Shown here: positions 51,857 through 61,023 of the stretch, one piece after another | Layout of the letters: each line of letters opens with the position of its first letter | How positions within the stretch are numbered: the first letter of the stretch is position 1 | Assembly: GCA_963736755.1 (NCBI GenBank) | Contig: CAVTQE010000023.1 | Location: 9,822 to 73,821, forward strand | Source of the DNA: an uncultured delta proteobacterium | GTDB lineage: Bacteria; Desulfobacterota; WTBG01; JAGOGO01 | Reading direction: 5' to 3' | DNA: 64,000 nucleotides | Notes under the pieces: model-generated | Databases searched by the model: none | Told to the model about the DNA's origin: nothing | Seen by the model: the letters and a program-made list of their open reading frames with translations, nothing else | Position numbers and translations under genes: made by a program

Positions 51857-54070
51857 GTGCATAGGCAGGATGTCATGGCTGAGAATTTTTTTGGAGAAGA
51901 AATCAATTTAAGAGATTACCTGAGAGTTCTTTTTAAAAGACGGTGGTTGATCGCCGCCGTTCTGCTCATCGTGGTCGTAAGCGTAACCATAGAGACATTC
52001 CGGAAGACTCCGATCTATCGGGCAACCGCTCAGGTTATGATTGAAAGCGAAAATCCCAAGGTGGTTGATATTCAAGAAGTTCTTCAAAGCAACCAGGAGT
52101 ATTCCGACTATTATCAAAGCCAATACGAGATTTTAAAAAGCAAAGCTCTGGCCTTGAAGGTAATCAACTATTTAAACTTAAATGAAAATCCTGTGGTTGG
52201 CGGTTCTAAAAAGGGCTTCAGTCCGGGCGCGGTTTTCCATGGAATGATAGGATGGCTTAAAAACCTTACCTCTTCGGCTGAGGCAAAACCCGATCCCCAG
52301 CTGGAGGAAGACCAACGAAATAACTCCCTGATAGCGGCTTACCTGGGCAGCTTGAGGGTGGAGCCGATAAAAAACAGCCGCCTGGTCAATATAAGTGTCG
52401 AAGGTATAGACCCCAAAATGGTAGCCAGGATCGCCAATACCCATGCTCAGCTTTACATCGAGAGCAACATCGAAAGAAAATTTGCTGCCGCTCAGGCAGC
52501 CGTGAGCTGGCTTAACCAGAGAATAAAAGAAGAAGGAAAGAAACTTCAGCAAAGCGAAGAATCTCTGCAGACCTACCGGGAACAAGAAGGTTTGATTGAT
52601 ATTGATTTTCAAGAACGACAGGGCATCATCATGCAGAGCCTTAATGACTTAAATACCGCGTTAACCGAAGCCCAGACTGAAAAAATAACAAAGCAGCAGC
52701 TCTCCTCAGCCTCGGGTCTGGATGAATCACATCCCGCGGTCATGCAGAACTCTTTAATCCAGGCACTCAAGGCAAACTATATCGCCCTTTCCGGAGAGTA
52801 CTCCAAGCTTTCCCAGAAATACGGCCCGGAACATCCCAACATGGTGAGACTCTCATCGGAAATGCAGGCGATACAAGGAAAAATTGCCCAGGAAATCAGG
52901 AAACTCGCCCAAAGCATGCACACCGATTCCCAATTAGCGTCAGACAAAGAAAAAGCCATTCTTGCCGCCATGGAAGCAAAGAAAAAAGAAGCCCTTGCCC
53001 TCAATCAGAAACAGATTAAATACGATGCATTAAAACGTGAAGTCAGCATCACCCGCTCCTTGTTTGAATCTTTGCTCAAGCGGGCCAAGGAAGCTTCGGT
53101 TACCGAAGGGTTAAACGTAACCAATATTGTTGTCGTTGATCCTGCCCGCTTGCCCGATACGCCTTTTAAACCCCAAAAAGCTCGCGATATTCTTTTCGCT
53201 CTGATCATCGGCCTTACCCTTGGCATCGGATTAGCCTTTTTGCTTGAATACCTGGATAACACCATCAAAATTCCGGAAGAGGTGGAACGCTATCTAAAAA
53301 TACCGCTCTTAGGTCTCGTGGGAAGTTTTCCAACTAACTCGACTGACCTCAAAAAGAATGAACTTATTTCTCATACGAACCCAAAGTCGACTATCTCGGA
53401 GGCCTATCGAACTATCCGGACAAACCTCCTTTTTTCTTCTCCGGATAATAAAAAACAAGTGCTTCTGGTAACCTCGATGCTCCCTTTCGAAGGCAAGACT
53501 GTCCTGTGCTCAAATCTTGCCATCACCTTTGCCAAAATGGGGAAAAAGGTACTTTTAGTGGATGCGGATATGAGGAAACCAAAAATTTATAAAGTGTTTA
53601 ATCTTGATCGAGTCAAAGGATTATCCGCGTTCCTCGTGGGCGAGGAATCTTCGATCGTAATTACGGACATTCCCGGCCTCAAAATTTTAACCTCCGGCAC
53701 CCTCCCGCCCAATCCCTCTGAACTTTTAAGTTCAAAAAAAATGCAAGATTTCATTGAGCGGGCCAGGGAACAATACGACCTCATTCTCTTTGACTCTCCG
53801 CCCATCCTTTCGGTCACTGACGCAGTCATTCTATCCACTCTTGCCGATGGGGTGGTAGTGACAATCAAGGCTTCCGATACCCCGCGACCAGCCATTAAGC
53901 AGGGACTCCAGCAGCTTTCCGAGGTGGGCGGCAAAGTGCTGGGTTGCGTTTTAAATGCTGTGGATTTTGAAAAGGAAAGCTACTACCATTCCCCCTACCG
54001 GTATCATCATCATTATTATTATCACGCGTATGGAGAAGAGGAAAAAAAAGATTTAAGATTTAAGGGTTAA
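51857..54070 (+). CDS. Polysaccharide co-polymerase / tyrosine autokinase (Wzc/GumC-type)
   Basis: N-terminal Wzz domain, coiled coil, second TM, Walker A SMLPFEGKT, DADMRKP, C-terminal Tyr/His cluster YYHSPYRYHHHYYYHAY. Confidence 0.9.
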   Translation: MHRQDVMAENFFGEEINLRDYLRVLFKRRWLIAAVLLIVVVSVTIETFRKTPIYRATAQVMIESENPKVVDIQEVLQSNQEYSDYYQSQYEILKSKALALKVINYLNLNENPVVGGSKKGFSPGAVFHGMIGWLKNLTSSAEAKPDPQLEEDQRNNSLIAAYLGSLRVEPIKNSRLVNISVEGIDPKMVARIANTHAQLYIESNIERKFAAAQAAVSWLNQRIKEEGKKLQQSEESLQTYREQEGLIDIDFQERQGIIMQSLNDLNTALTEAQTEKITKQQLSSASGLDESHPAVMQNSLIQALKANYIALSGEYSKLSQKYGPEHPNMVRLSSEMQAIQGKIAQEIRKLAQSMHTDSQLASDKEKAILAAMEAKKKEALALNQKQIKYDALKREVSITRSLFESLLKRAKEASVTEGLNVTNIVVVDPARLPDTPFKPQKARDILFALIIGLTLGIGLAFLLEYLDNTIKIPEEVERYLKIPLLGLVGSFPTNSTDLKKNELISHTNPKSTISEAYRTIRTNLLFSSPDNKKQVLLVTSMLPFEGKTVLCSNLAITFAKMGKKVLLVDADMRKPKIYKVFNLDRVKGLSAFLVGEESSIVITDIPGLKILTSGTLPPNPSELLSSKKMQDFIERAREQYDLILFDSPPILSVTDAVILSTLADGVVVTIKASDTPRPAIKQGLQQLSEVGGKVLGCVLNAVDFEKESYYHSPYRYHHHYYYHAYGEEEKKDLRFKG

Positions 54071-54261
54071 GTTTTAAGGGTCTAAGGAACTTAAAGCTTC
54101 AGAACTTCGATACTTATGGCTGCCTTGCAACATATTGAGAATTATTAGCTTTTAACGGTTTACGGTCTTTTGATCTTAACCCTTTGACTCCTTTATCCTT
54201 TACGGTTCGACTTTGATCCTTAACCTTATCCTTAAACCTTAACCCTTAACTCTTTATTATC
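54071..54261. repeat. Word-hairpin block (T words and complements)
   Basis: gttttaagggtctaaggaacttaaagc...gatcttaaccctttgactcc...gatccttaaccttatccttaaaccttaacccttaac. Confidence 0.7.
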
Positions 54262-55229
54262 ATGATTGACCTTCACGCGCATATCCTTCCTGACCTTGAT
54301 GATGGGGCAAAAGACTGGCAGGAGACCCTTGATATGTGCGCCATTGCCTTGAATGACGGCATCCACACCATCGTGGCCACCCCCCATGTGAAACGAGGAA
54401 TGTACACCCCGGCCAAAAAACTTATCTTATCCAAGGTCGCCGAACTCAACCACCGCCTGCTCCATGCTCCGCTTACGCCTCCCGTCGTGTAAAACGTGAA
54501 ACGTAGAGATGTAACTCCTCACGCTTCACGCCCCGCGCCTCCCCGTCAAACGTAAAAAGTAAAACGTTAGAAGTAACTCCTCACGTTTCACAGTTCACGT
54601 TTCACGGATTAACAATTGTGCCCGGCGCTGACAACGCTTTTGAGCCGGATATCCTCGACCAATTAGAACAGGGAACTGCTTTGTATCTTGCCCACCCCAC
54701 CAACGCTATAAACGCACCAAACGCAATTAACGCGAATAACCCAACTACCCGTGAAATGCGAAGCATATTTCACCGGGACCCCACAAACCCTATAAACCCA
54801 ACCCTCCGCTACGTGCTCCTGGAGTTGTCCGATTATTTTCTTTTTCCTCAGGTGAAAGACCTCATCCGGAAACTCCGCGAAAAAAACATCGTGCCTGTCC
54901 TCAGCCACCCGGAAAGAATTGCCATGATCCAGAAAAATCACCAGCTCCTTCAGGCCTTCATTCAAGCCGGCGCTCTTTCCCAGGTAACCGCGATGAGCAT
55001 CACCGGTGAATTCGGAAAAGAAATTAAAAAACTTACCCGAACCCTGGTAAAGAAAAATCTGGCGCATGTTATCGCCTCTGATTCCCACTCAAAAGACCGC
55101 AGGCCGCCGATACTTTCACAAGCAGTCTCGGAGGTCGCTGACCTTATCGGCAGCGATAAAGCGGAACTGATGGTCCAGGGGATACCCCAGGCGATCATTG
55201 AAGGTAAGGAAATAAGATTAGATGATTAG
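54262..55229 (+). CDS. PHP-family protein-tyrosine phosphatase (CpsB/YwqE type), split by a 137-nt word-hairpin insertion and carrying a second in-frame insertion
   Basis: MIDLHAHILPDLDDG...TPH... (54262-54468), then GLTIVPGADN...SHPER...ASDSHS (54606-55229) in another frame. Confidence 0.8.
54469..54605 (+). repeat. Word-hairpin insertion inside the phosphatase CDS (two tandem units)
   Basis: Stops in all three frames (taa 54490, tga 54497, tag 54504). Contains the core gtcaaacgtaaaaagtaaaacgttagaagtaactcctcacg. Confidence 0.8.
54691..54808 (+). repeat. In-frame low-complexity insertion in the phosphatase CDS
   Basis: ccaccaacgctataaacgcaccaaacgcaattaacgcgaataaccc ... hairpin gtgaaat/atttcac ... 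ccacaaaccctataaacccaaccctcc. Confidence 0.65.
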
Positions 55230-55297
55230 AGGATTGGAAGGTTGGAAGGTTAGGGAATTAGATAATTAGATGGTTAGAAGATTGGATGGTTAGAGGG
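55217..55297. repeat. Word block (G words) overlapping the phosphatase stop
   Basis: gattagatgattagaggattggaaggttggaaggttagggaattagataattagatggttagaagattggatggttagaggg. Confidence 0.7.
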
Positions 55298-55299
55298 AA

Positions 55300-55665
55300 A
55301 TGGGGAAAAATTTTTATAGAGACCTGTTAGTCTGGCAAAAGAGTGTATCCTTGATAAAAGAGGTTTACGCTGAAGCTGACAAATTGCCAAAATCAGAGGA
55401 ATATAATCTGAAGCAGCAACTTAAAAGAGCAGTTGTTTCTGTTTCGTTAAATATTGCTGAAGGGAAAAATCGAAGATCCCCAAAAGATTTTATTAATTTC
55501 CTTAATATCTCAAATGGTTCTTTAGCGGAGACAGAAGCGATTTTATTGATATGCGGGGAACTTGGGTTTTTGCGTATTCCGGAAGATTTACTTTCCCATA
55601 TAGAAGAACTGGCAAAAATGATCAACAGCCTGATTGCCAACATAAGGGGGAAATTAGAAGGTTAG
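55300..55665 (+). CDS. Four-helix-bundle protein, 23S rRNA IVS protein / Avd-like family (copy 2)
   Basis: ...QLKRAVVSVSLNIAEGKNRRSPKDFINFLNISNGSLAETEA... Confidence 0.85.
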   Translation: MGKNFYRDLLVWQKSVSLIKEVYAEADKLPKSEEYNLKQQLKRAVVSVSLNIAEGKNRRSPKDFINFLNISNGSLAETEAILLICGELGFLRIPEDLLSHIEELAKMINSLIANIRGKLEG

Positions 55666-55904
55666 AGGATTAGAGGATTGGAGGGTTAGAAGATTGGAAA
55701 GTTGGATGATTAGAGGGTTAGGAGGAGACTAACTTGCAAACATCCCAACATCTAAACTTCTAATCTTCTATCGCGTCCAAACATCCAAACCTCTAAACCT
55801 CCAACCCTCTGAAGTTGCTAATCCGTCTAAAACTCTAAACATCGGGTCTTTGCCCTTAACCTTAACACTAAAACTTAACACTTAATTACTTAAATCTTAA
55901 CCCA
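55651..55904. repeat. Word-hairpin block: G words, then complementary words, then T words
   Basis: 55651-55728 ttagaaggttagaggattagaggattggagggttagaag... versus 55742-55830 acatcccaacatctaaacttctaatcttc...cctctaaacctccaaccctc; then cttaaccttaacactaaaacttaac. Confidence 0.7.
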
Positions 55905-58119
55905 ATGAACACGATTATTGAGTATGGCCTTATTTTCCTGATTATTTTTACCCCGCTCGCCTTTGGCTCAGTCCATGTCTGGGCATATACCATCGTGGAA
56001 GTTGTTGTCCTTCTTCTTCTTTTGATTTGGCTGTTAAAACATTTTACTTTTCACGATTCACGTTTCACGTCTTCACTTTTCACGTTTCACTTTTCACGCA
56101 TTCACCCGTACTTTCACATTTCACTCTTTACGTTTTACGATCCCCTTTTCCCTCTTCCTGGGCCTGATCCTTTTCCAGATGGTTCCAATACCTGCGACAG
56201 TAATAAAACACCTGTCCCCCAATACCTATGATCTCTACCAGCAAACCATCGGAAATCCGTTAAACGTAAAAAGTAAAACGTTAAATGTTACTACGTCCCT
56301 CGCTGATAGCTCATTGCCGATAGCAAAACCCATGAGCCACGAGCTATCACATTTCACGTCCTATGATCCATTTACACAAACGCCACCAAAACCGAATTTC
56401 TCAAATTCTTTGCCTACTTCTCCGTATTTTTTCTCATCATCACGACCATGACCACCACGCGTCAGATACGACGAATAGTACTGACGATTATTTTCACCGG
56501 AACCGGCGTTGCATTTTTAGCGCTCTGCCAGATACTCAGCAAGTCAGATAAAATCTACGGGTTCTGGCAGTCTCAGCAGGCTCTGCACAAGATCGGAATC
56601 TACGGCGGTCAGATCGGAAAGATCGGAAGCTACGGCGGTCCTTTTATCAATCCCAATCACCTGGCCGGCTACCTGGAGATGGTTATCCCTCTCGCGCTCG
56701 GGTTTTTGCTCAGCCGCGAGGTACCGGGCATCATTCGTTCGGCAAAAAACTGGAAACGACGGCTTTCCCTGCTTGAATCCTGGCTTGCGAAAAATACCCT
56801 CCTTATCTTCATTATCGTCCTGATGGCATCAGCGGTCTTTATTTCTGCCTCGCGGGGCGGGATTATTTCTTTTATTTTTTCTTTAGGGTTATTTTCCCTG
56901 CTGCTCGGAGTGCGAAGATACCACAAGGGAAAAAGAAAGATGGTGCTGCTTATCACCGGATTAATATTCATTTTTCTTCTGTGGATGGGCATTGGCCCGG
57001 TAGTCACCGAACTCGCTACCCTCGCCGATCCCAAGACCTCCGGCTTAGTGGTACGGCTCCAGGTATCGAAAGATACCCTTGCCCTGGCACGGGACTTTCC
57101 CCTCTTCGGGGTCGGGCTGGGTAATTTTCAAACTCTCTATCCTAAATATCAAACATTTATCTACCCCTTCTTCTGGGACCACGCTCATAATGATTACGTG
57201 GAAATGCTCGCCGATACCGGCTGGATGGGGCTGCTCTTATTTTTTGGTGGAATCTGGTTGGTGCTTTTCGCCATCATCAAAACGTGGAAGCAAAGGCGAG
57301 ACCCATTTCTGGCGGACATAACCCTCGGTGGTTTTATCGGCGCAGTGTCTCTTCTGTGCCATTGCCTGGTAGATTTTAACCTCCACATTCCTGCCAATGC
57401 CTTTCTCCTTTTTGTGATCCTGGGACTGATGGTCGCTGCGGTTAATATCAAAAAAAAGGGAGAAGAAGATTTTTCTTTCCTTCCAATCCGCGCCGTTTCT
57501 TTCTCGCCCAAAACAAGAACTGCGCTGATCATGGCAAAAGCCCTCATAATAGTGTTCCTGCTTACCCTGGTGATGAAAGATTATCTGGCGTATCATTTTT
57601 TTAGTAACTACCAATCCCTCAAGCCGAGCGAGTTCTCACTCGCCGCCTCCCTCGTTAAACGTAAAAAGTAAAACGTTAGAAGTAACTCCTCACAGTTCAC
57701 GTTTCACGTTTCACGTTTTACTCACCCGGGCCATCTTTTTTGATTCGGGTAATGCACCGTATCATTATGAGCTGGGTAATTATTATGCCCGCAAGATGAG
57801 CGAATCCTGGAAACGGGGAACCTCGAACATACCAGGAGAACAATGGGTCTTTGACGCTGAAAAAAATGCCCGATTTTTTGGACTTAAGGCTTTACAGGCG
57901 TATGCTGATGCGGTAAACTTGTCTCCGGCCAATGCCTGGTATCATTTTTATCTAGGATGGACCCTGAGCGAATTAAAGCGGTTTTCGGATTTCTCCCAAC
58001 ATCCGATCCCGCTTGCGGAACCTTTTGACGCGGAAACAGAATTTTCCCGGGCCCTCATGCTCGATCCAAACAATGAAAATATTAAAAAATATATAACGGC
58101 CGTAAAACCTGGAGGTTAA
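55905..58119 (+). CDS. O-antigen-ligase-like (Wzy_C) membrane protein with C-terminal TPR-like tail, interrupted three times by word-hairpin insertions
   Basis: ORFs 55905-56231, 56179-56451, 56448-57671 and 57796-58119 are colinear. Core ...FWDHAHNDYVEMLADTGWMG... Confidence 0.75.
56038..56140 (+). repeat. H-word insertion 1 inside the ligase CDS
   Basis: attttacttttcacgattcacgtttcacgtcttcacttttcacgtttcacttttcacgc...; no stop in frames 0 and 1. Host frame changes from 0 to 1. Confidence 0.75.
56254..56366 (+). repeat. Word insertion 2 inside the ligase CDS (core element plus S-complement words)
   Basis: gttaaacgtaaaaagtaaaacgttaaatgttac...gctgatagctcattgccgatagc...catgagccacgagctatcac. Host frame changes from 1 to 0. 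Confidence 0.75.
57654..57725 (+). repeat. Word-hairpin insertion 3 inside the ligase CDS
   Basis: gttaaacgtaaaaagtaaaacgttagaagtaactcctcacagttcacgtttcacgtttcacg; about 90% identical to 54545-54607. Confidence 0.8.
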
Positions 58120-58127
58120 AGAAAAAA

Positions 58128-58240
58128 GTTTTAAGGGTTAAGATTTAAGGGTTAAAGAACTTAAAACTTAATTACTTAAATCTTGTGTTTTTCACTTTTT
58201 ACGTTTCACGGTTAACCGTTTACGGCGTTTCACTTGGAAA
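58128..58240. repeat. Word-hairpin block (T then H words)
   Basis: gttttaagggttaagatttaagggttaaagaacttaaaacttaattacttaaatctt...ttcactttttacgtttcacgg. Confidence 0.7.
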
Positions 58241-58246
58241 GGCTTT

Positions 58247-59380
58247 TTGATGTGGAAATTTTTTCTAACCTTTTTTATTACTTACGGCACGATGCACTCC
58301 TTGTTTTACCACCGCGTGCGCGTGCTTCTGCCTGACCAGCGCTGGATTCACGGCCTGGTCATAGTCCTCCTGGTGCTGCTGGTTATCGTTCCGGTGAGCA
58401 GTATTTTCCTGGACAGGAGCGGTCATGCCGAATCAGCGCGACTGGCGGCGCTCATCGGCTTCAGCTGGATGGGGTTTCTTTTCTTCGCGTCGATTCTGGC
58501 TGTCGGCATGGATATTTTGGATATCCTTTCCTGGACAGGAAGGAGAATCTTCGCCCGGGATCTTCCCACACTGTGGGGAAAAGGGCCAGCGATAATAATG
58601 CTGGCATCAGCGCTTCTTATCTGTGTTTACGGAGTTTTCGACGCACGTCGTATCCGCGTGGAGCGAATAACCGTCGCGACGGACAAACTGCCGGCGGGGG
58701 CGCAGCGCCTGCGAATTGCCCAGATCTCCGACGTGCATATAGGCCTGCTCATCGGAAAGCCCCTTCTCAGCACTATTATCGGGATTCTCAACCGGGAGCA
58801 GCCTCAGATCGTGGTCTGCACCGGTGACCTGCTCGACAGCTCCGGTCATATCGATGGGCTTTCACCCCTCCTTAAGCAAATACAGCCCCGATACGGCAAA
58901 TATGCCGTTATCGGTAACCACGAGTGCTACCTTGGCCTTGCCCGTTCGCTGGCGTTTCTCGACCAAGCCGGGTTCAGGGTGGTTCGCAACCAGGTAATGA
59001 CCAATGGGGGAATCATCAACATTGCCGGGGTCGATGACCCCGCGGCGGGAATCAAAACGGACGAGGTCGCCCTGCTCTCCTCCATACCGAACAAACTCTT
59101 CACCCTGTTTCTCAAACATCAGCCAAACGTGCCAACAGAAACGCACGGGCTTTTTGATCTCCAACTGTCCGGTCACACCCATAAGGGCCAGCTGTTTCCT
59201 TTCGGCTATGTGGTTTCCCTTTCTTATCACTACCTGGCGGGATTCTATCCTTTAAGCAAAGGATCATCGCTTTACACCAGCCGCGGCACCGGCACCTGGG
59301 GCCCTTCCATGAGAGTGCTGTCACCGCCGGAAGTCACCATCATCGATGTGGAGAGCAGCCGAGCTGTTCGTAAAAAGTAA
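58247..59380 (+). CDS. Membrane-anchored metallophosphoesterase (calcineurin-like)
   Basis: N-terminal TM helices; ISDVHIG, CTGDLLD, GNHE, GVDD, SGHTHKGQ motifs. Confidence 0.85.
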   Translation: MMWKFFLTFFITYGTMHSLFYHRVRVLLPDQRWIHGLVIVLLVLLVIVPVSSIFLDRSGHAESARLAALIGFSWMGFLFFASILAVGMDILDILSWTGRRIFARDLPTLWGKGPAIIMLASALLICVYGVFDARRIRVERITVATDKLPAGAQRLRIAQISDVHIGLLIGKPLLSTIIGILNREQPQIVVCTGDLLDSSGHIDGLSPLLKQIQPRYGKYAVIGNHECYLGLARSLAFLDQAGFRVVRNQVMTNGGIINIAGVDDPAAGIKTDEVALLSSIPNKLFTLFLKHQPNVPTETHGLFDLQLSGHTHKGQLFPFGYVVSLSYHYLAGFYPLSKGSSLYTSRGTGTWGPSMRVLSPPEVTIIDVESSRAVRKK

Positions 59381-59504
59381 AGCACGAGGCGAAAGGAGTA
59401 AAGAGTTAGGTGTTAAATACCGTAAATCGTAAAGGGTAAACAGTAAAAGGTTAAAGGTTAAAAGTAAACAGTAAAAACTAAAGACTGATACCAAAAAGTG
59501 AAAG
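59381..59504. repeat. Word block (cgtaaa/gtaaac words) 5' of four-helix copy 3
   Basis: ccgtaaatcgtaaagggtaaacagtaaaaggttaaaggttaaaagtaaacagtaaaaac...aaaaagtgaaag. Its complement words follow the gene at 59862-59935. Confidence 0.7.
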
Positions 59505-59861
59505 ATGGATTCAAGACAACATAGAAAATTAGACGTCTGGAAAAGGTCAATGGAGTATGTAAGAGAAATTTATAAGCTTACTGAGTCTTTCCCAAAATCA
59601 GAGGCCTATGGCCTGACTTCCCAGATGAGGAGATCATCTATATCTATCCCGAGCAATCTGGCAGAGGGAGCTGCACGCAAAGGTACAAAGGAATTCAGTC
59701 AATTTTTAAATATCGCTCAGGGGTCTATCAGTGAGCTTGACACTCAAATAGAGCTGGCTTTTATGCTGAATTATATTGATAAGCAAAGTTATGAAGATCT
59801 GATGGAAAAGTTAAAAGCAATATCTAAAATGTTGTTCGGCTTGTCAAGGTCACTAAAATGA
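59505..59861 (+). CDS. Four-helix-bundle protein, 23S rRNA IVS protein / Avd-like family (copy 3)
   Basis: ...QMRRSSISIPSNLAEGAARKGTKEFSQFLNIAQGSISELDTQ... Confidence 0.85.
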   Translation: MDSRQHRKLDVWKRSMEYVREIYKLTESFPKSEAYGLTSQMRRSSISIPSNLAEGAARKGTKEFSQFLNIAQGSISELDTQIELAFMLNYIDKQSYEDLMEKLKAISKMLFGLSRSLK

Positions 59862-59935
59862 CAACTGATAAAAGTTAATTTTCACTTTTCACTTTTCACT
59901 TTTTACGCTTAACGACAAAATAAAGGAAAAAGATT
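59862..59935. repeat. Word block (H words) 3' of four-helix copy 3
   Basis: gttaattttcacttttcacttttcactttttacgcttaacg...gattcgaggcacgaag. Confidence 0.7.
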
Positions 59936-60000
59936 CGAGGCACGAAGATCGGGGATAAATTTACCGAAAACAATAAAATTTAAAACGGGAAGATGATCAC

Positions 60001-60546
60001 ATGGATATAGTCAAGCTTGAAAAAGTCGAAAACAAAATCATTGAAATAAGAGGTCAAAAGGTTTTGCTGGATGCTGATGTTGCAGAAATTTACGGTGTTG
60101 AGACGCGAGATATCAATAAAGCCGTGACAAATAATCCGGATAAATTTCCTGAGGAATATGTTGTTGAACTCTCAAAATCTGAAAAAAGAGAACTGGTGGA
60201 AAATTTCCACCGGTTCAATAAGCTAAAGCATTCTACGGTAAATCCTAAAGCATTTCCTGAAAAGGGCTTGTATATGCTTGCTACCATACTCAAAAGCGAA
60301 AAAGCAACTTCGACAACTATCGCTATCATTGAGACTTTTGCCAAGATAAAAAACCTGTCAAACAATATCAAGGAGCTGTCAAAAAGCCGGCATGATAAAC
60401 AAAGGCAAAATCTTCTTCAGAAAAGCGGAGACATTATTTCCGATATACTCTATGACGATTTAGTCACAAATGAAAGTGAGACAAGCTTCGAGATAAACTT
60501 TGCGGTGTTGAAATTCAAGCACACCATCAAAAAAAGTAAAAAATGA
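60001..60546 (+). CDS. ORF6N-domain (KilA-N-related) DNA-binding protein
   Basis: KIIEIRGQKVLLDADVAEIYGVETRDINKAVTNNPDKFPEEYVVELS... Confidence 0.8.
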   Translation: MDIVKLEKVENKIIEIRGQKVLLDADVAEIYGVETRDINKAVTNNPDKFPEEYVVELSKSEKRELVENFHRFNKLKHSTVNPKAFPEKGLYMLATILKSEKATSTTIAIIETFAKIKNLSNNIKELSKSRHDKQRQNLLQKSGDIISDILYDDLVTNESETSFEINFAVLKFKHTIKKSKK

Positions 60547-60612
60547 ATATCCGAGGAACGAGAATTAAGGGTTAAGGGGCAAGGTTAAAGGCGTGAGGAA
60601 GAGGGAAAAAGA
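60547..60612. repeat. Word block 5' of four-helix copy 4
   Basis: cgaggaacgagaattaagggttaaggggcaaggttaaaggcgtgagg. An approximate complement lies at 61112-61150. Confidence 0.6.
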
Positions 60613-61023
60613 ATGAAACTTACTCGTTTTGAAGACCTCGACTGCTGGCAGGAAGCCAGAAAATTAGTGAAAAGTGTCTATGGAGTAACGAGGGGCGACT
60701 CATTCAAAAAAGACCTTCGGCTCTGCGGACAGATTCAGGCAGCAAGTTCTTCGGTGATGGCAAATATAAGTGAGGGGTTTGTAAGAAGGTCGAACAAAGA
60801 ATTTACTCAATTCTTGTTTATTGCCATGTCATCTTCTGCTGAAGTTCAGAGCCACCTTTATAGCGCCTTAGACCAGGGGTACATCAATCAAGCGCAGTTT
60901 GATGACATTTACAACCAAGCCACGAAAACAGCGAAGATTATATCTGGGCTCATTACTTATTTGAGAAATAACGAGAAACAATATAAACTCAACAAACCAG
61001 AAAAACAGAAGAAACCAAATTAA
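60613..61023 (+). CDS. Four-helix-bundle protein, 23S rRNA IVS protein / Avd-like family (copy 4)
   Basis: ...QIQAASSSVMANISEGFVRRSNKEFTQFLFIAMSSSAEVQS... Confidence 0.85.
   Translation: MKLTRFEDLDCWQEARKLVKSVYGVTRGDSFKKDLRLCGQIQAASSSVMANISEGFVRRSNKEFTQFLFIAMSSSAEVQSHLYSALDQGYINQAQFDDIYNQATKTAKIISGLITYLRNNEKQYKLNKPEKQKKPN

Noticed and set aside
54469-54605. Group I/II intron or intein interrupting the phosphatase gene
   Set aside because: 137 nt is far too short for either intron class and lacks their conserved cores. Stops in all frames exclude an intein. The RNA-level removal idea is kept only as an explicit speculation in the findings.
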